A stretch of 64,000 nucleotides of DNA, from positions 96,001 to 160,000 of IMG/VR virus record IMGVR_UViG_3300044620_001883. One strand, written 5' to 3'. Position numbers and translations under genes: made by a program. The stretch is from a virus. Taxonomy: Duplodnaviria; Caudoviricetes. The notes under the pieces were generated by a model. The model searched no databases, was not told the origin of the DNA, and was given only the letters and a program-made list of their open reading frames with translations. Shown here piece by piece: positions 45,970 through 54,649 of the stretch; position 1 is the first letter of the stretch, and each line of letters begins with the position of its first letter.

Positions 45970-47970
45970 ATGACCTTTTTACCACGTACATTACTGAAGC
46001 TTGCCACTGTCGACAACACGGCAAGCTATGATCCGGCTAAGGGAATGCCAAGTCCTGTGGTGACACCAGGCACGGATGATCCCAATGAGATCGTCACAAG
46101 ACTGCCCGCTCCTGCGCCGACGACAACGACAACCACCACGCCAACTACCACCGCAACCACCACGCCAACCACCACGCCAACTACCACCGCACCAAACAAC
46201 GGTGCTCCCACTTCGGCTCCGGTTGGCAACGCCGCTTTTGCAGGTAATGCTGGCACACGTCCCAACGTCTCCACTTGGGAGCCGGGCAACGGAGGTCTGG
46301 CAGTTCCGGTTGGCGACCCTGCGGATTTCAAGGCCATGTCGCGACCAGATCTCGCGAATTTTTACAAAGGCTGGGGTGGGCGGGCCTACACGGACCGTGC
46401 GCCAGGAACAGTGGGCACACCAGTTCAGCAAATGGGCAGTGCGGATCTGTACAGCCCGACACCAGGGAATCCTGGAGGGACACATGTCAGCGCCACTATT
46501 GATCCAGAGAGTTCCCTTCGTAAAGGTGGGGATCCCAACAAGCGTGTCCTGAACTCCCAGTACGGAACTGGGAGTGTGACATTCAACAATCCCTCAAACT
46601 GGGCCACGGCCCCAGACCGCAAGACCGTCATTGATGGTAAGACCTACACAGGCCCCAATGCCTTCCGTGACCATCTGGAACCGATCGTGGCGAAGCAGCA
46701 GGAGGCGGCCAAGACACAAGCTGTCGCGGAGGTCGACAAGGCCAACCCTGGGTACTTGTTCAAAGGACCTGCAATGGCAGACCCACGTGGACCGGCCTAT
46801 CCGGATGTGCCAAACCTGCGTAACCAAACCATGGCGGGTTCCCGTATTGGAGATTCGCCTTATCAGTCCCTCACGGATCCAGATCGCGTGAACCCCGCGA
46901 TCGGCATCTCGGAAGGACGCCAACAGTACATCAATGATCTTGGTTCTTTGAACCTACCCGCGCGTGTGCCTGCTCCACAGCAGTTGTTGGCTGGAGGCAA
47001 ACCTGGAGGCAAACCTGGAGGCCAGCCCGCCGCAGAGCCCTATACGTCAATGCCTGTGAATCCGCAGTTCAAGGTTCCTAGTACCTTTGATCCATCTCGG
47101 AATACATTTATTTCATCAAACAGGCCAGGTAGTTATGATCCAGCATTAGCGGCGATGCGGGAAGGCGACCCGTTTGGTGCGAACGTCCATGGACAGCCTT
47201 CGCATTCAGGGAGAAAGCTGACAGGATTTGAATCAGACGCGGCGGCCACCAAGGACTGGGCAGCGAATCCAGTAGAGCCGAAGCTTCTGAAGAAACAGAG
47301 TAATACTGTTTCTCCTTTGGATGATCCGAATTCCTTGCTTAACCTGGACACGTCGGGACCGCTGATTCGGGAGCTTCCGGCCAAGCCTGCATCACCAGTA
47401 GCTGCGGCCAAGCCTGCATCACCCCCAGCCGTTGTCACTCCAAAGCCTGCTGCTCCAGCAACACCGAAGGTAGATGATTCACTCGGATGGGAAGCCGCTA
47501 CGCCGCCCCCAAATGCTTCAGCTCCCAAGCTAAAACCAAGTGACAGCGGTACACTCGGTTGGGAGTCTGGCCCTATGCCTCCCACACAAGGACAGCAGGA
47601 TGCGGCGAACATATTGAGGAACCAAGGTAACACGGAATTCCGTCTCCTCAACAACTGGCCAGGGAGTGATTGGGATCACCTGAAGAAGCAATTCCCAGAA
47701 GTGAAACCTGAGCAGTACAGGACAACAAATGCGCTCATTGATGCTTATCGAGCAGTCCTGCCGCCAGTCAAATCTGGTGCCCTCCACTTCGCGCTCCAGT
47801 GTTCCAAGTTCGCCAGTGCGATCATGCACACCCCCACCGGCCTTGAACCTCAGGGTGGGCTCGCAAAGCCGAAGATCAAGATGCCAATTGGCCCGGGGCG
47901 TCCGCAGGTCGCATTCGAGCACGCCGCCCCCGCCAAGCCCTCCATAACCCCTCTCACTCCTGCCTCATGA
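45970..47970 (+). CDS. Pro/Thr/Gly-rich low-complexity putative virion protein
   Basis: Leader MTFLPRTLLKLA; poly-Thr tract, GGKP and AKPASP repeats; KQS and KFA motifs near C-terminus. Confidence 0.75.
   Translation: MTFLPRTLLKLATVDNTASYDPAKGMPSPVVTPGTDDPNEIVTRLPAPAPTTTTTTTPTTTATTTPTTTPTTTAPNNGAPTSAPVGNAAFAGNAGTRPNVSTWEPGNGGLAVPVGDPADFKAMSRPDLANFYKGWGGRAYTDRAPGTVGTPVQQMGSADLYSPTPGNPGGTHVSATIDPESSLRKGGDPNKRVLNSQYGTGSVTFNNPSNWATAPDRKTVIDGKTYTGPNAFRDHLEPIVAKQQEAAKTQAVAEVDKANPGYLFKGPAMADPRGPAYPDVPNLRNQTMAGSRIGDSPYQSLTDPDRVNPAIGISEGRQQYINDLGSLNLPARVPAPQQLLAGGKPGGKPGGQPAAEPYTSMPVNPQFKVPSTFDPSRNTFISSNRPGSYDPALAAMREGDPFGANVHGQPSHSGRKLTGFESDAAATKDWAANPVEPKLLKKQSNTVSPLDDPNSLLNLDTSGPLIRELPAKPASPVAAAKPASPPAVVTPKPAAPATPKVDDSLGWEAATPPPNASAPKLKPSDSGTLGWESGPMPPTQGQQDAANILRNQGNTEFRLLNNWPGSDWDHLKKQFPEVKPEQYRTTNALIDAYRAVLPPVKSGALHFALQCSKFASAIMHTPTGLEPQGGLAKPKIKMPIGPGRPQVAFEHAAPAKPSITPLTPAS
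46115..46195 (+). repeat. coding Thr-rich tandem repeat
   Basis: acgacaacgacaaccaccacgccaactaccacc... encoding TTTTTTPTTTATTTPTTTPTTT. Confidence 0.75.
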
Positions 47971-48599
47971 CAACACCCGCTCAACTTGCTGCTGACTTCC
48001 GTCAGCTTTCCCAGAAGCTCGCCTTCATTGGTGGACCACCTCAGCAAGGTGCCGCGCCTCCACCACAAGGGGCACCACCTCCAGGTGATCCGTCTCAGCA
48101 GGGTGCCCCGCCTCCCCAGGGCGCACCACCTCCCCAAGGCGCCCCGCCGCCACCTCAAGGTGATCCGTCCCAGCAGGGCGCCCCGCCTCCCCAGGGTGAT
48201 CCGTCCCAGCAGGGTGTTGATCCCATGCAGTTGCTGCAGCAGCTTCAGCAGCAGGTTGGTGAGATGCTGCAGGGCATCGAGCAGCTGGCGCAGACGGCGC
48301 AGCAACAGCAGCAGATGTTCGAGGCCCTGGCGCAGAAGACGCAGGCCTTCGAGCAGAAATCAATGCAGCAGGAAATGCAGCTCAAGGCGATGCAGAAGGC
48401 CATCGACGACTCGTCGAAGGTCATGCCCGACATGCTGCAGGATATGCAGCAGCAGCTCGCCCAACAGGAGCAGGCCCACCAGAAGGCCCTCATGCAGCAG
48501 CAGCTGTCCCAGCAGGCACTTGAGCAGCAGCTCCAACCGATGCTCCAACAAGCTGACCCAGCCTCGCAGCACATGATGGCGCAGGCAGGCGTGCAATAA
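47967..48599 (+). CDS. PQG-repeat / Gln-rich coiled-coil protein
   Basis: Leader ...RQLSQKLA|F; QQGAPPP and QGDPSQQG repeats, Gln-rich helix. Confidence 0.75.
   Translation: MTTPAQLAADFRQLSQKLAFIGGPPQQGAAPPPQGAPPPGDPSQQGAPPPQGAPPPQGAPPPPQGDPSQQGAPPPQGDPSQQGVDPMQLLQQLQQQVGEMLQGIEQLAQTAQQQQQMFEALAQKTQAFEQKSMQQEMQLKAMQKAIDDSSKVMPDMLQDMQQQLAQQEQAHQKALMQQQLSQQALEQQLQPMLQQADPASQHMMAQAGVQ
48040..48215 (+). repeat. coding PQG tandem repeats
   Basis: Recurrent cagcaggg(t/c)gccccgcctccccaggg and ggtgatccgtc(c/t)cagcaggg units. Confidence 0.75.
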
Positions 48600-48611
48600 A
48601 CCACAGCCCAC

Positions 48612-48881
48612 ATGATTCGCCTTCGCTCTCTCACTGACGGTACAGTGGTACTGGTCCCAACCTCTTGTGCAGTCGAGGTGCTGGACCAGGAAGGCGCTGT
48701 CGCGTTGCTGCTCCTGCCGGATCTTGGCAAGCACTCCCTGAAGCTCGTGACCCTCACGGAAGAGCCGACGGTGGCCCAGAACTATTCGAAGACCTTTGGT
48801 GTGCCGTTCAGCCAGGTGGTGGTGCCCGACCTGTCTGCGTTAAGCGGCGAAGCCCCGCCACCCCAACCCTTTAAGTCCTGA
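48612..48881 (+). CDS. hypothetical protein
   Basis: ORF in late block. Confidence 0.6.
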   Translation: MIRLRSLTDGTVVLVPTSCAVEVLDQEGAVALLLLPDLGKHSLKLVTLTEEPTVAQNYSKTFGVPFSQVVVPDLSALSGEAPPPQPFKS

Positions 48882-48884
48882 CCT

Positions 48885-49736
48885 ATGTTCCAATCCGGAG
48901 TCGAAACCATCCCCAATAGCGCCACTGAACTGGAGGTGATCTTCCCGGTCGCGTTCGCGGTGGACCCGGACACAATTATCGCCGTGGTGCGCAACACTTC
49001 GGCGGACTCCCCCAAGTACATCATCCAGGCCAGCATCACTGAGCAAAGCGCCACAGCCTTCACGGTCAGTCTCGACGCCGCAACCAGCTCCGGGAACTAC
49101 GAGCTGGTCTGGTTGGCTGGCAGCGCGGCCTCGATTCTCGACACCATGAGTGTGCTGGCAGGGCGCAAGCTCACCAGCTATGGGGAACTTGCGAGTCTCA
49201 CCAACGCCGAGTTCAAGATGCCGCTCTTGGATGTGTCGGGCATCCCTGCTCTCAAACTGGTGGACGCCGCCACGTTCTGGAGCGCCGTGGCGCAGCGAGC
49301 CTCCGCGGTCCCAGCCAGCCCTCTGGCCAACATCACCACCGCGATGGCCATGACGGTCCATGAAGGTTGGTTGTACATTTCAGCACAAGACCGCTGGGTC
49401 AGGCTGCCCGTGGATGACTCTCTAAATTGGACGACCCAACCTTTTTATGTTCCCTTCCGGGAGCGGGAGATTTCCTTCGTGGAGGCAACTCCAGGTGCGG
49501 ATGAGATCCTGGTCGTCGCTGACCAGTTGGTGTACACGATTGAATTCGACACACCCTTTGAAGCCGGCAACGCCCCCAAGGTGTTGCTGCAGTTGATTGA
49601 TCTGAATGGTGTGGCAGTCTCGCAGTACACCGCGCAGGTTACCCGGCGTGACCTTGAGGGTTTTGATGTCACGTTCTCGGCCCCGATCCAGAACTACACG
49701 CTCCAGCTGTACTACATGGCCCGCCAACTTCCTTGA
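48885..49736 (+). CDS. tail/fibre accessory protein with two H-lectin/gp53-like beta domains
   Basis: EVIFPVAF..DP..I....ITEQSATAFTV and IEFDTPF....PKV....VTRRDLEGFDV. Confidence 0.6.
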   Translation: MFQSGVETIPNSATELEVIFPVAFAVDPDTIIAVVRNTSADSPKYIIQASITEQSATAFTVSLDAATSSGNYELVWLAGSAASILDTMSVLAGRKLTSYGELASLTNAEFKMPLLDVSGIPALKLVDAATFWSAVAQRASAVPASPLANITTAMAMTVHEGWLYISAQDRWVRLPVDDSLNWTTQPFYVPFREREISFVEATPGADEILVVADQLVYTIEFDTPFEAGNAPKVLLQLIDLNGVAVSQYTAQVTRRDLEGFDVTFSAPIQNYTLQLYYMARQLP

Positions 49737-49741
49737 TTCAC

Positions 49742-52090
49742 ATGAAACACATCCTCACAGCCCTCCTACTCCTGACCGCCACCTTGGCGGCCCAGACCTC
49801 CACGCTCGTGATCAGCAATGGCAAGTTGGCTACAGATCTTGATGCCAACACGAAGTCGATCCTGAATGCAGGTAAGATTGGACTTGGTGGTACTGGCACC
49901 CTGGATTCAGCCCTGCATTTCCTACCTGGTGGTGCACCAACGACCAACGCCTATGGGATCAAGTGGGGCGACACTGGCGCCGTCTTGTACCAGAGTGCTA
50001 CCGGCACTGTGACGCTCACGGGCAACCTGGTGGTCAGCGGCACCATCCAAGCCTCAACTGGGATTGTGGACCTCGCGGGCACCAACAGTTTCACTGGGGC
50101 CAACAGTTTTGCAGCAGCCACGACGGTTGCGGACCTGATCCTCTCGGGAACCTTCTCGGTCGCGAATGACACAGTCCGGGACAACGTCAGAGCTGCAGCA
50201 GAACTTGTCCCCGGCACAGATGTCCAAGAGTACAGCGCAAAGCTTGCGGACATCCACAACCTGACCCCGGCAGACAGTGCATTCCTGGTCGGTAATGGTA
50301 CGACGTGGGTAGCCGAGACAACCTCGACGGCTCGCACCTCTCTAGGTCTTGGTACCGCTGACAGCCCCACCTTCACGAACCAGACCCTCACAGGCAACCT
50401 GTCCGTCACGGGCGTCTCAACCCTGACGGGACGGGTCACCGCCAGTGGTGGGATTCAATTTGCAGCCGGGGGAACCTGGGCGGCTTCTGGATCTGGAACG
50501 ATCACGAATGACCCGTTGGTACTTGGGAGCACGCTGGCTGTCACGGGCGCCACGACCCTCACAGGGGTTGTGACGTTGGGCGCAGGGGGGCTTACCCTGA
50601 CTTCCAGCGGCACCACCGCCACACTGGCAGGAAAGCTGGTTGCCACTTCCCTGGAGTTGAGCACAACTCCCCTGGCCATCGCATACGGGGGACTGGGAAT
50701 TTCCAGTGCTGCCGATGGAACCTTCCCGGTTAGCAACGGTACGAACTACGTAGCCACGACTGTGACCCCGTTTGCGCTCACGATCCTAGACGACACGACG
50801 GATGCTGCAGTACGCGCCACTCTGGGGCTTTCAACCGCTGGAGGCGACCTGACGGGCACGTACCCGAATCCAACCCTGGCGGCCAATTCCGTCGCGCTCG
50901 GGACAGACACGACAGGCAACTATGTACTTTCCTTGGCTGACTCCGGCGCTGGAGCCTTTACGATCACCAATGGAGCAACGGAGGGCGGCGCCGCGACAAT
51001 CGCGCTGGCCAACAACGGTGTCACGCTGAACACGCACACGGCGGGTGACTATGTCGCCACCGTGACGGCGGGGACTGGGGTCACGATCGCAGGCGCAGGC
51101 ACGGAGGGCAGGGCTGCCACGATCAGCATCGGGCAAGATGTCGCAACAAGCGCATCCCCCACTTTCACAGGGCTCACGGTCACAACCCTGACGACTACAA
51201 ACCTGGTGCTGTCTTCCGGACGCGTTATGACGACCGAGTTCGCAACGAACGCCGTCGGGGTCGCGTCTTCAATCTGGGGCGGCAGCGCCGGCAACGCGCT
51301 CGTCTATGAAGGCGCCACGGCGGATTCGGATGAGACATCCTTGACTGCTGTGGACCCAACCGCCGACAATGAGGTGCGTCTTCCGGATGGGAGCGGCACT
51401 TTGATGCTCTCGCTGCTGACCGACAACGCGCCCAACAAGACCGGCGCGGTCTGGACGAATACCGACGCGGTCGTCTACGAGGGCACCACCGCCGACGGCA
51501 TCACGCTATCCTTGGTATCACCCGATCCTGTGACGTCGAGCAAGACCGTCACGTTGCCGAACGCCACCACAACCTTGGTGGGCCGTGACACTACCGACAC
51601 GCTGACGAACAAGACCCTGACGTCCCCTATCTTGACCACGCCCCTTATGGCGGACACGGGTGACACGACAAAGCGGATGACGACAAACCTCTCCGGCGCC
51701 ACGACGGCCAAGACCCGCACCATTGTCAGCAGCCACACAGACAACCGCAGCAATACCATCCCGGACGTGGCTGGAACATTCGAGATAGCCCAGACCACAA
51801 CCACCGTGGCACTCATCGCCGACGATCAAGTTGTGACACCGGGCGCCGTCACACGCATTGCTCTGACGAGCGACGACGCCGTGGCCGCCAATCGTACTTT
51901 CACACTGAGCACCACCGGCGCCGTCACAGGTTCCATTTACTGTCTGCTAGGTCCTCCGACTGACGCTTGCGTTCTTGAGGATACAGGCATTCAAGTGCTG
52001 TCTGCTGACTGGACACCAGGGCCTGATGACACGCTGATGCTTTGGTTTGACGGCACCAACTTCTACGAGGTTGGACGATCCGCCAATTAA
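49742..52090 (+). CDS. long Thr/Gly-rich fibre/adhesin-like protein with signal-peptide-like N-terminus
   Basis: MKHILTALLLLTATLAA|Q; fibre-type repeats (ARTSLGLGTADSPTF, GGDLTGTYPNPT, QDVATSASPTF, TLVGRDTTDTLTNKTLTSP); C-terminal L.FDGTNFYEV.RS. Confidence 0.8.
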   Translation: MKHILTALLLLTATLAAQTSTLVISNGKLATDLDANTKSILNAGKIGLGGTGTLDSALHFLPGGAPTTNAYGIKWGDTGAVLYQSATGTVTLTGNLVVSGTIQASTGIVDLAGTNSFTGANSFAAATTVADLILSGTFSVANDTVRDNVRAAAELVPGTDVQEYSAKLADIHNLTPADSAFLVGNGTTWVAETTSTARTSLGLGTADSPTFTNQTLTGNLSVTGVSTLTGRVTASGGIQFAAGGTWAASGSGTITNDPLVLGSTLAVTGATTLTGVVTLGAGGLTLTSSGTTATLAGKLVATSLELSTTPLAIAYGGLGISSAADGTFPVSNGTNYVATTVTPFALTILDDTTDAAVRATLGLSTAGGDLTGTYPNPTLAANSVALGTDTTGNYVLSLADSGAGAFTITNGATEGGAATIALANNGVTLNTHTAGDYVATVTAGTGVTIAGAGTEGRAATISIGQDVATSASPTFTGLTVTTLTTTNLVLSSGRVMTTEFATNAVGVASSIWGGSAGNALVYEGATADSDETSLTAVDPTADNEVRLPDGSGTLMLSLLTDNAPNKTGAVWTNTDAVVYEGTTADGITLSLVSPDPVTSSKTVTLPNATTTLVGRDTTDTLTNKTLTSPILTTPLMADTGDTTKRMTTNLSGATTAKTRTIVSSHTDNRSNTIPDVAGTFEIAQTTTTVALIADDQVVTPGAVTRIALTSDDAVAANRTFTLSTTGAVTGSIYCLLGPPTDACVLEDTGIQVLSADWTPGPDDTLMLWFDGTNFYEVGRSAN

Positions 52091-52191
52091 GCGCAACTGC
52101 GTGGGTATACGCGTTATAGATATTTGGAAGACCGTCCGTTTTGGTGGGTGTCTTCCATCGCCACTGTCATGCAGGCAGGTGTGCTCAATTT

Positions 52192-53142
52192 ATGACGGAA
52201 CAAACAACGAGGTATAGACTGCTGACCTCCGTCAGAACAGCGGTCAGAGAGTACGTGGACACCAACCCGCAGTACGCGGCAGGTGGAACCTTCCACGTGA
52301 TCGGCGTCCTGTCTGTGAAGCAGGACGCTTCAGGAAACTGGAACGTGGTTAATGACAACCACGTCTCGGTTGTGGCACAAGATGGGTTTCCAGACCCAGA
52401 GGCTAGGAAGATACCTGGCCTACCACAGCACGCTGTCGTGGTGGAGTATTTGCTCCGCACGACAGGTAACCCGGTGACCGACCTGGTCGAACTGGTCTGG
52501 GAACCTGATAGCGACGCGTTGGTCAGTGCGCTACAGCGTCTGGCCATGCGGCAGGATGGCCTGCAGCGGATGCAGCTCTTCGAAACCGAAGAGCAGGACA
52601 TCAACCGCCGGTCCTTGGGTCAGGCGCGGCGGCAGCGTGAGGAGGCGCAGCGCGCGGCGGACAGGGCCGCTTGGGCGCAGGCAATGCTGGAGGCCGAGGC
52701 CCAGCGCAACAAGGCCAAGGCAGAAGCCAAGGCCTTGAAGCGCACCAAGGCCTTGGCTAAAGCTAAGGCCAAGAAGGAGGCCAAGAAGGAGGCCAAGAAG
52801 GCCAAGAAGGTCAGGAAGCAGACTGCGGTTCGTCCACCCGTGACGGATGTGTCAGTGGCCCAGGCTAAACGCGCACGCCAGCACTACGAAGCCGAGCATG
52901 GACTCGGTAGCTTCGAGCGCATCCACATCGAGGAGCAGCTCAGGTTGGAACGCGCGGCGTGGTGCCTGCCTGAGGTTCCCCTGGCACCTAGCAACTGCAA
53001 GGTGATGCGGAACTGTTGCGGTAGCATCCCCCATGGGATGTCGCGTTACCAGGTGCCCAAGTACAACCTCGAGTTCTACGAGGGGCGGTCATACCGCGAG
53101 ACCCCCAGCTACTGCTGGAGGCAGGGCCGCACCGCCCGCTAG
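52192..53142 (+). CDS. hypothetical protein with K/A-rich coiled-coil segment
   Basis: Likely ATG 52192; KAKAEAKALKRTKALAKAKAKKEAKKEAKKAKK. Confidence 0.65.
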   Translation: MTEQTTRYRLLTSVRTAVREYVDTNPQYAAGGTFHVIGVLSVKQDASGNWNVVNDNHVSVVAQDGFPDPEARKIPGLPQHAVVVEYLLRTTGNPVTDLVELVWEPDSDALVSALQRLAMRQDGLQRMQLFETEEQDINRRSLGQARRQREEAQRAADRAAWAQAMLEAEAQRNKAKAEAKALKRTKALAKAKAKKEAKKEAKKAKKVRKQTAVRPPVTDVSVAQAKRARQHYEAEHGLGSFERIHIEEQLRLERAAWCLPEVPLAPSNCKVMRNCCGSIPHGMSRYQVPKYNLEFYEGRSYRETPSYCWRQGRTAR

Positions 53143-53247
53143 GCAGAAACACCCGCGACGAAGTGCTTGGCACTCCGTGGGACTATTTCGGGAGAATCCC
53201 TCCCACCGACGCTCTCCCGGTACATCAGGAGGGCAACCCATAAACAC

Positions 53248-53562
53248 ATGTATATGCACAAAACATTGGTCAGCGTAGGGACCCTTACGGCGTCCCTACT
53301 GACACTGGGCTTCCTGATCGGCGCGGTCAGGTTGCTCCTCATCTGGTGGGCCGTTGCCGCCAGCATTGGCCACCGTGCCGCCGCAATCCTGTTGGTCCCT
53401 GTGGGACTGATGGTTCTCGTTGGCGGCGCGATCGCGCAAATCGCGAAGCTCTGTTGGGAAGAGCTTCGCGACATCAACTGCGGCCAGGAGGCCGCGGAGC
53501 AGCGGGAGCTGCAAAACAGCAGGGATGACATTGAGTTGGCCCAAGGGAAGGAGGAGCTATGA
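53248..53562 (+). CDS. membrane protein (2-3 TM)
   Basis: Hydrophobic helices; start moved to ATG 53248. Confidence 0.55.
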   Translation: MYMHKTLVSVGTLTASLLTLGFLIGAVRLLLIWWAVAASIGHRAAAILLVPVGLMVLVGGAIAQIAKLCWEELRDINCGQEAAEQRELQNSRDDIELAQGKEEL

Positions 53563-54125
53563 AGTTCCCCTTTTCGGATACTCCGACGTTCCGGAGTTGG
53601 GCGGGCACCCTCATCGACGGGAACTGCCTTGAGGTGACGGAGGTCTTGTCGATTTGGTCGTTTCGCGAGATCACAGATCAGCGAGAGATCCCCGGTATCG
53701 ACACGACCGGGCAGGTGACCCATGCGGTCTATTACCAAGCTCCTGGGACTTCCAGGATACTGATCGCAGTGTTTGCGATGTTGGAGGACCGTGGTGAGTA
53801 CCGCTACATCATGGGTGCTGGCGTAAACCCATCAACTGGGGAATGGCGCGGGAACCACGATCTCAGCGCTGGTGAGATCGCTAGCCTGATCCGGCAGGGG
53901 CATCTATATGCCTGTGAAAAGGTCACCGCGGAGGCGGCGGCCGAGCGGCGTCAACCCACTGCCCAAGAGCCCAACATCCAGATCCAGTTCCAGGGCTACA
54001 CCTTGGATCTGTTCATGACGGATAACGGTTCCTTGGGGCTGACGATCGAGAGGTCGCCAGCCCATGAAGATAATCCCAGCGTGGATGTTTTCATCACGCA
54101 GGACCTCAAGGTCACGCATGTGTAA
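53559..54125 (+). CDS. hypothetical protein
   Basis: ATGA-coupled; ends just before terminator. Confidence 0.6.
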   Translation: MKFPFSDTPTFRSWAGTLIDGNCLEVTEVLSIWSFREITDQREIPGIDTTGQVTHAVYYQAPGTSRILIAVFAMLEDRGEYRYIMGAGVNPSTGEWRGNHDLSAGEIASLIRQGHLYACEKVTAEAAAERRQPTAQEPNIQIQFQGYTLDLFMTDNGSLGLTIERSPAHEDNPSVDVFITQDLKVTHV

Positions 54126-54130
54126 GGTAA

Positions 54131-54175
54131 CCACCCGTCGTCCTTCGGGGCGGCGGGTGGCTTTTCGTTAGCTAT
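54131..54175 (+). terminator. intrinsic-type terminator hairpin (cUUCGg) followed by TTTCGTTAGCTAT
   Basis: ccacccgtcgtcc-TTCG-gggcggcgggtgg (54131-54160), then c-ttttcgttagctat; same tail as at 34282. Confidence 0.8.
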
Positions 54176-54222
54176 GACGTCGCTTGACCTGTACAGGCTT
54201 TCGTGGTCAAATGTGTGTTGTC

Positions 54223-54618
54223 ATGAAGTACATCACCACACTTATCGTCCTCATTGTCTCCGCGTTGTTCCTCAACAACTGCACTACCACCCAAAGGGAT
54301 GCGTCCAAAAAGTACGCCTCCCAAATCAGCCGGGAAGTGGCCAGGTCGGCCGGTATCGCCGCCGCCGCGGTCGCAACCAACCTGATTCAACTCAAGCTCA
54401 ATGAGGCAACAGCCAAGCTGAGCGAGCAACGTGCAACTCTTGGCCCCAAGAATCCCGGTAGTGTCGTCACATTGACCAAGCTTGGCTTCCAGGAGATTGC
54501 GGTCGTGGAGGCCGAGAGGCTCCTGCGGCGCGCCGAGGTTGAGCTGGCAAAGCTCAAAGATGTTGATGCCCTGCCTGCACCTGCTGAAGCTCTTGCTCCA
54601 GTCGTGGTTACACCCTGA
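54223..54618 (+). CDS. lipoprotein, helical (o-spanin-like candidate)
   Basis: MKYITTLIVLIVSALFLNN|C signal plus lipobox-like Cys; TTGACC 39 nt upstream. Confidence 0.6.
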   Translation: MKYITTLIVLIVSALFLNNCTTTQRDASKKYASQISREVARSAGIAAAAVATNLIQLKLNEATAKLSEQRATLGPKNPGSVVTLTKLGFQEIAVVEAERLLRRAEVELAKLKDVDALPAPAEALAPVVVTP

Positions 54619-54649
54619 GTCATTTTAACCCCACCACCCCGCGCACACC

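Noticed and set aside
46000-48300. CRISPR array
   Set aside because: Repeats are in-frame, degenerate, unevenly spaced coding repeats without unique spacers; no cas genes are present.
52136-52156. Intrinsic terminator after the fibre gene (ggaagac...gtcttcc hairpin, about 52116-52156)
   Set aside because: A 7-bp stem is present but has no U-tract or 13-mer tail; not enough support to call.
53177-53219. HDV-like ribozyme or pseudoknot (gtggga/tcccac crossing cgggaga/tctcccg)
   Set aside because: Too little sequence for P2/P3/L3 and no P3 pairing; complementarity in a G/C-run-rich stretch may be chance.
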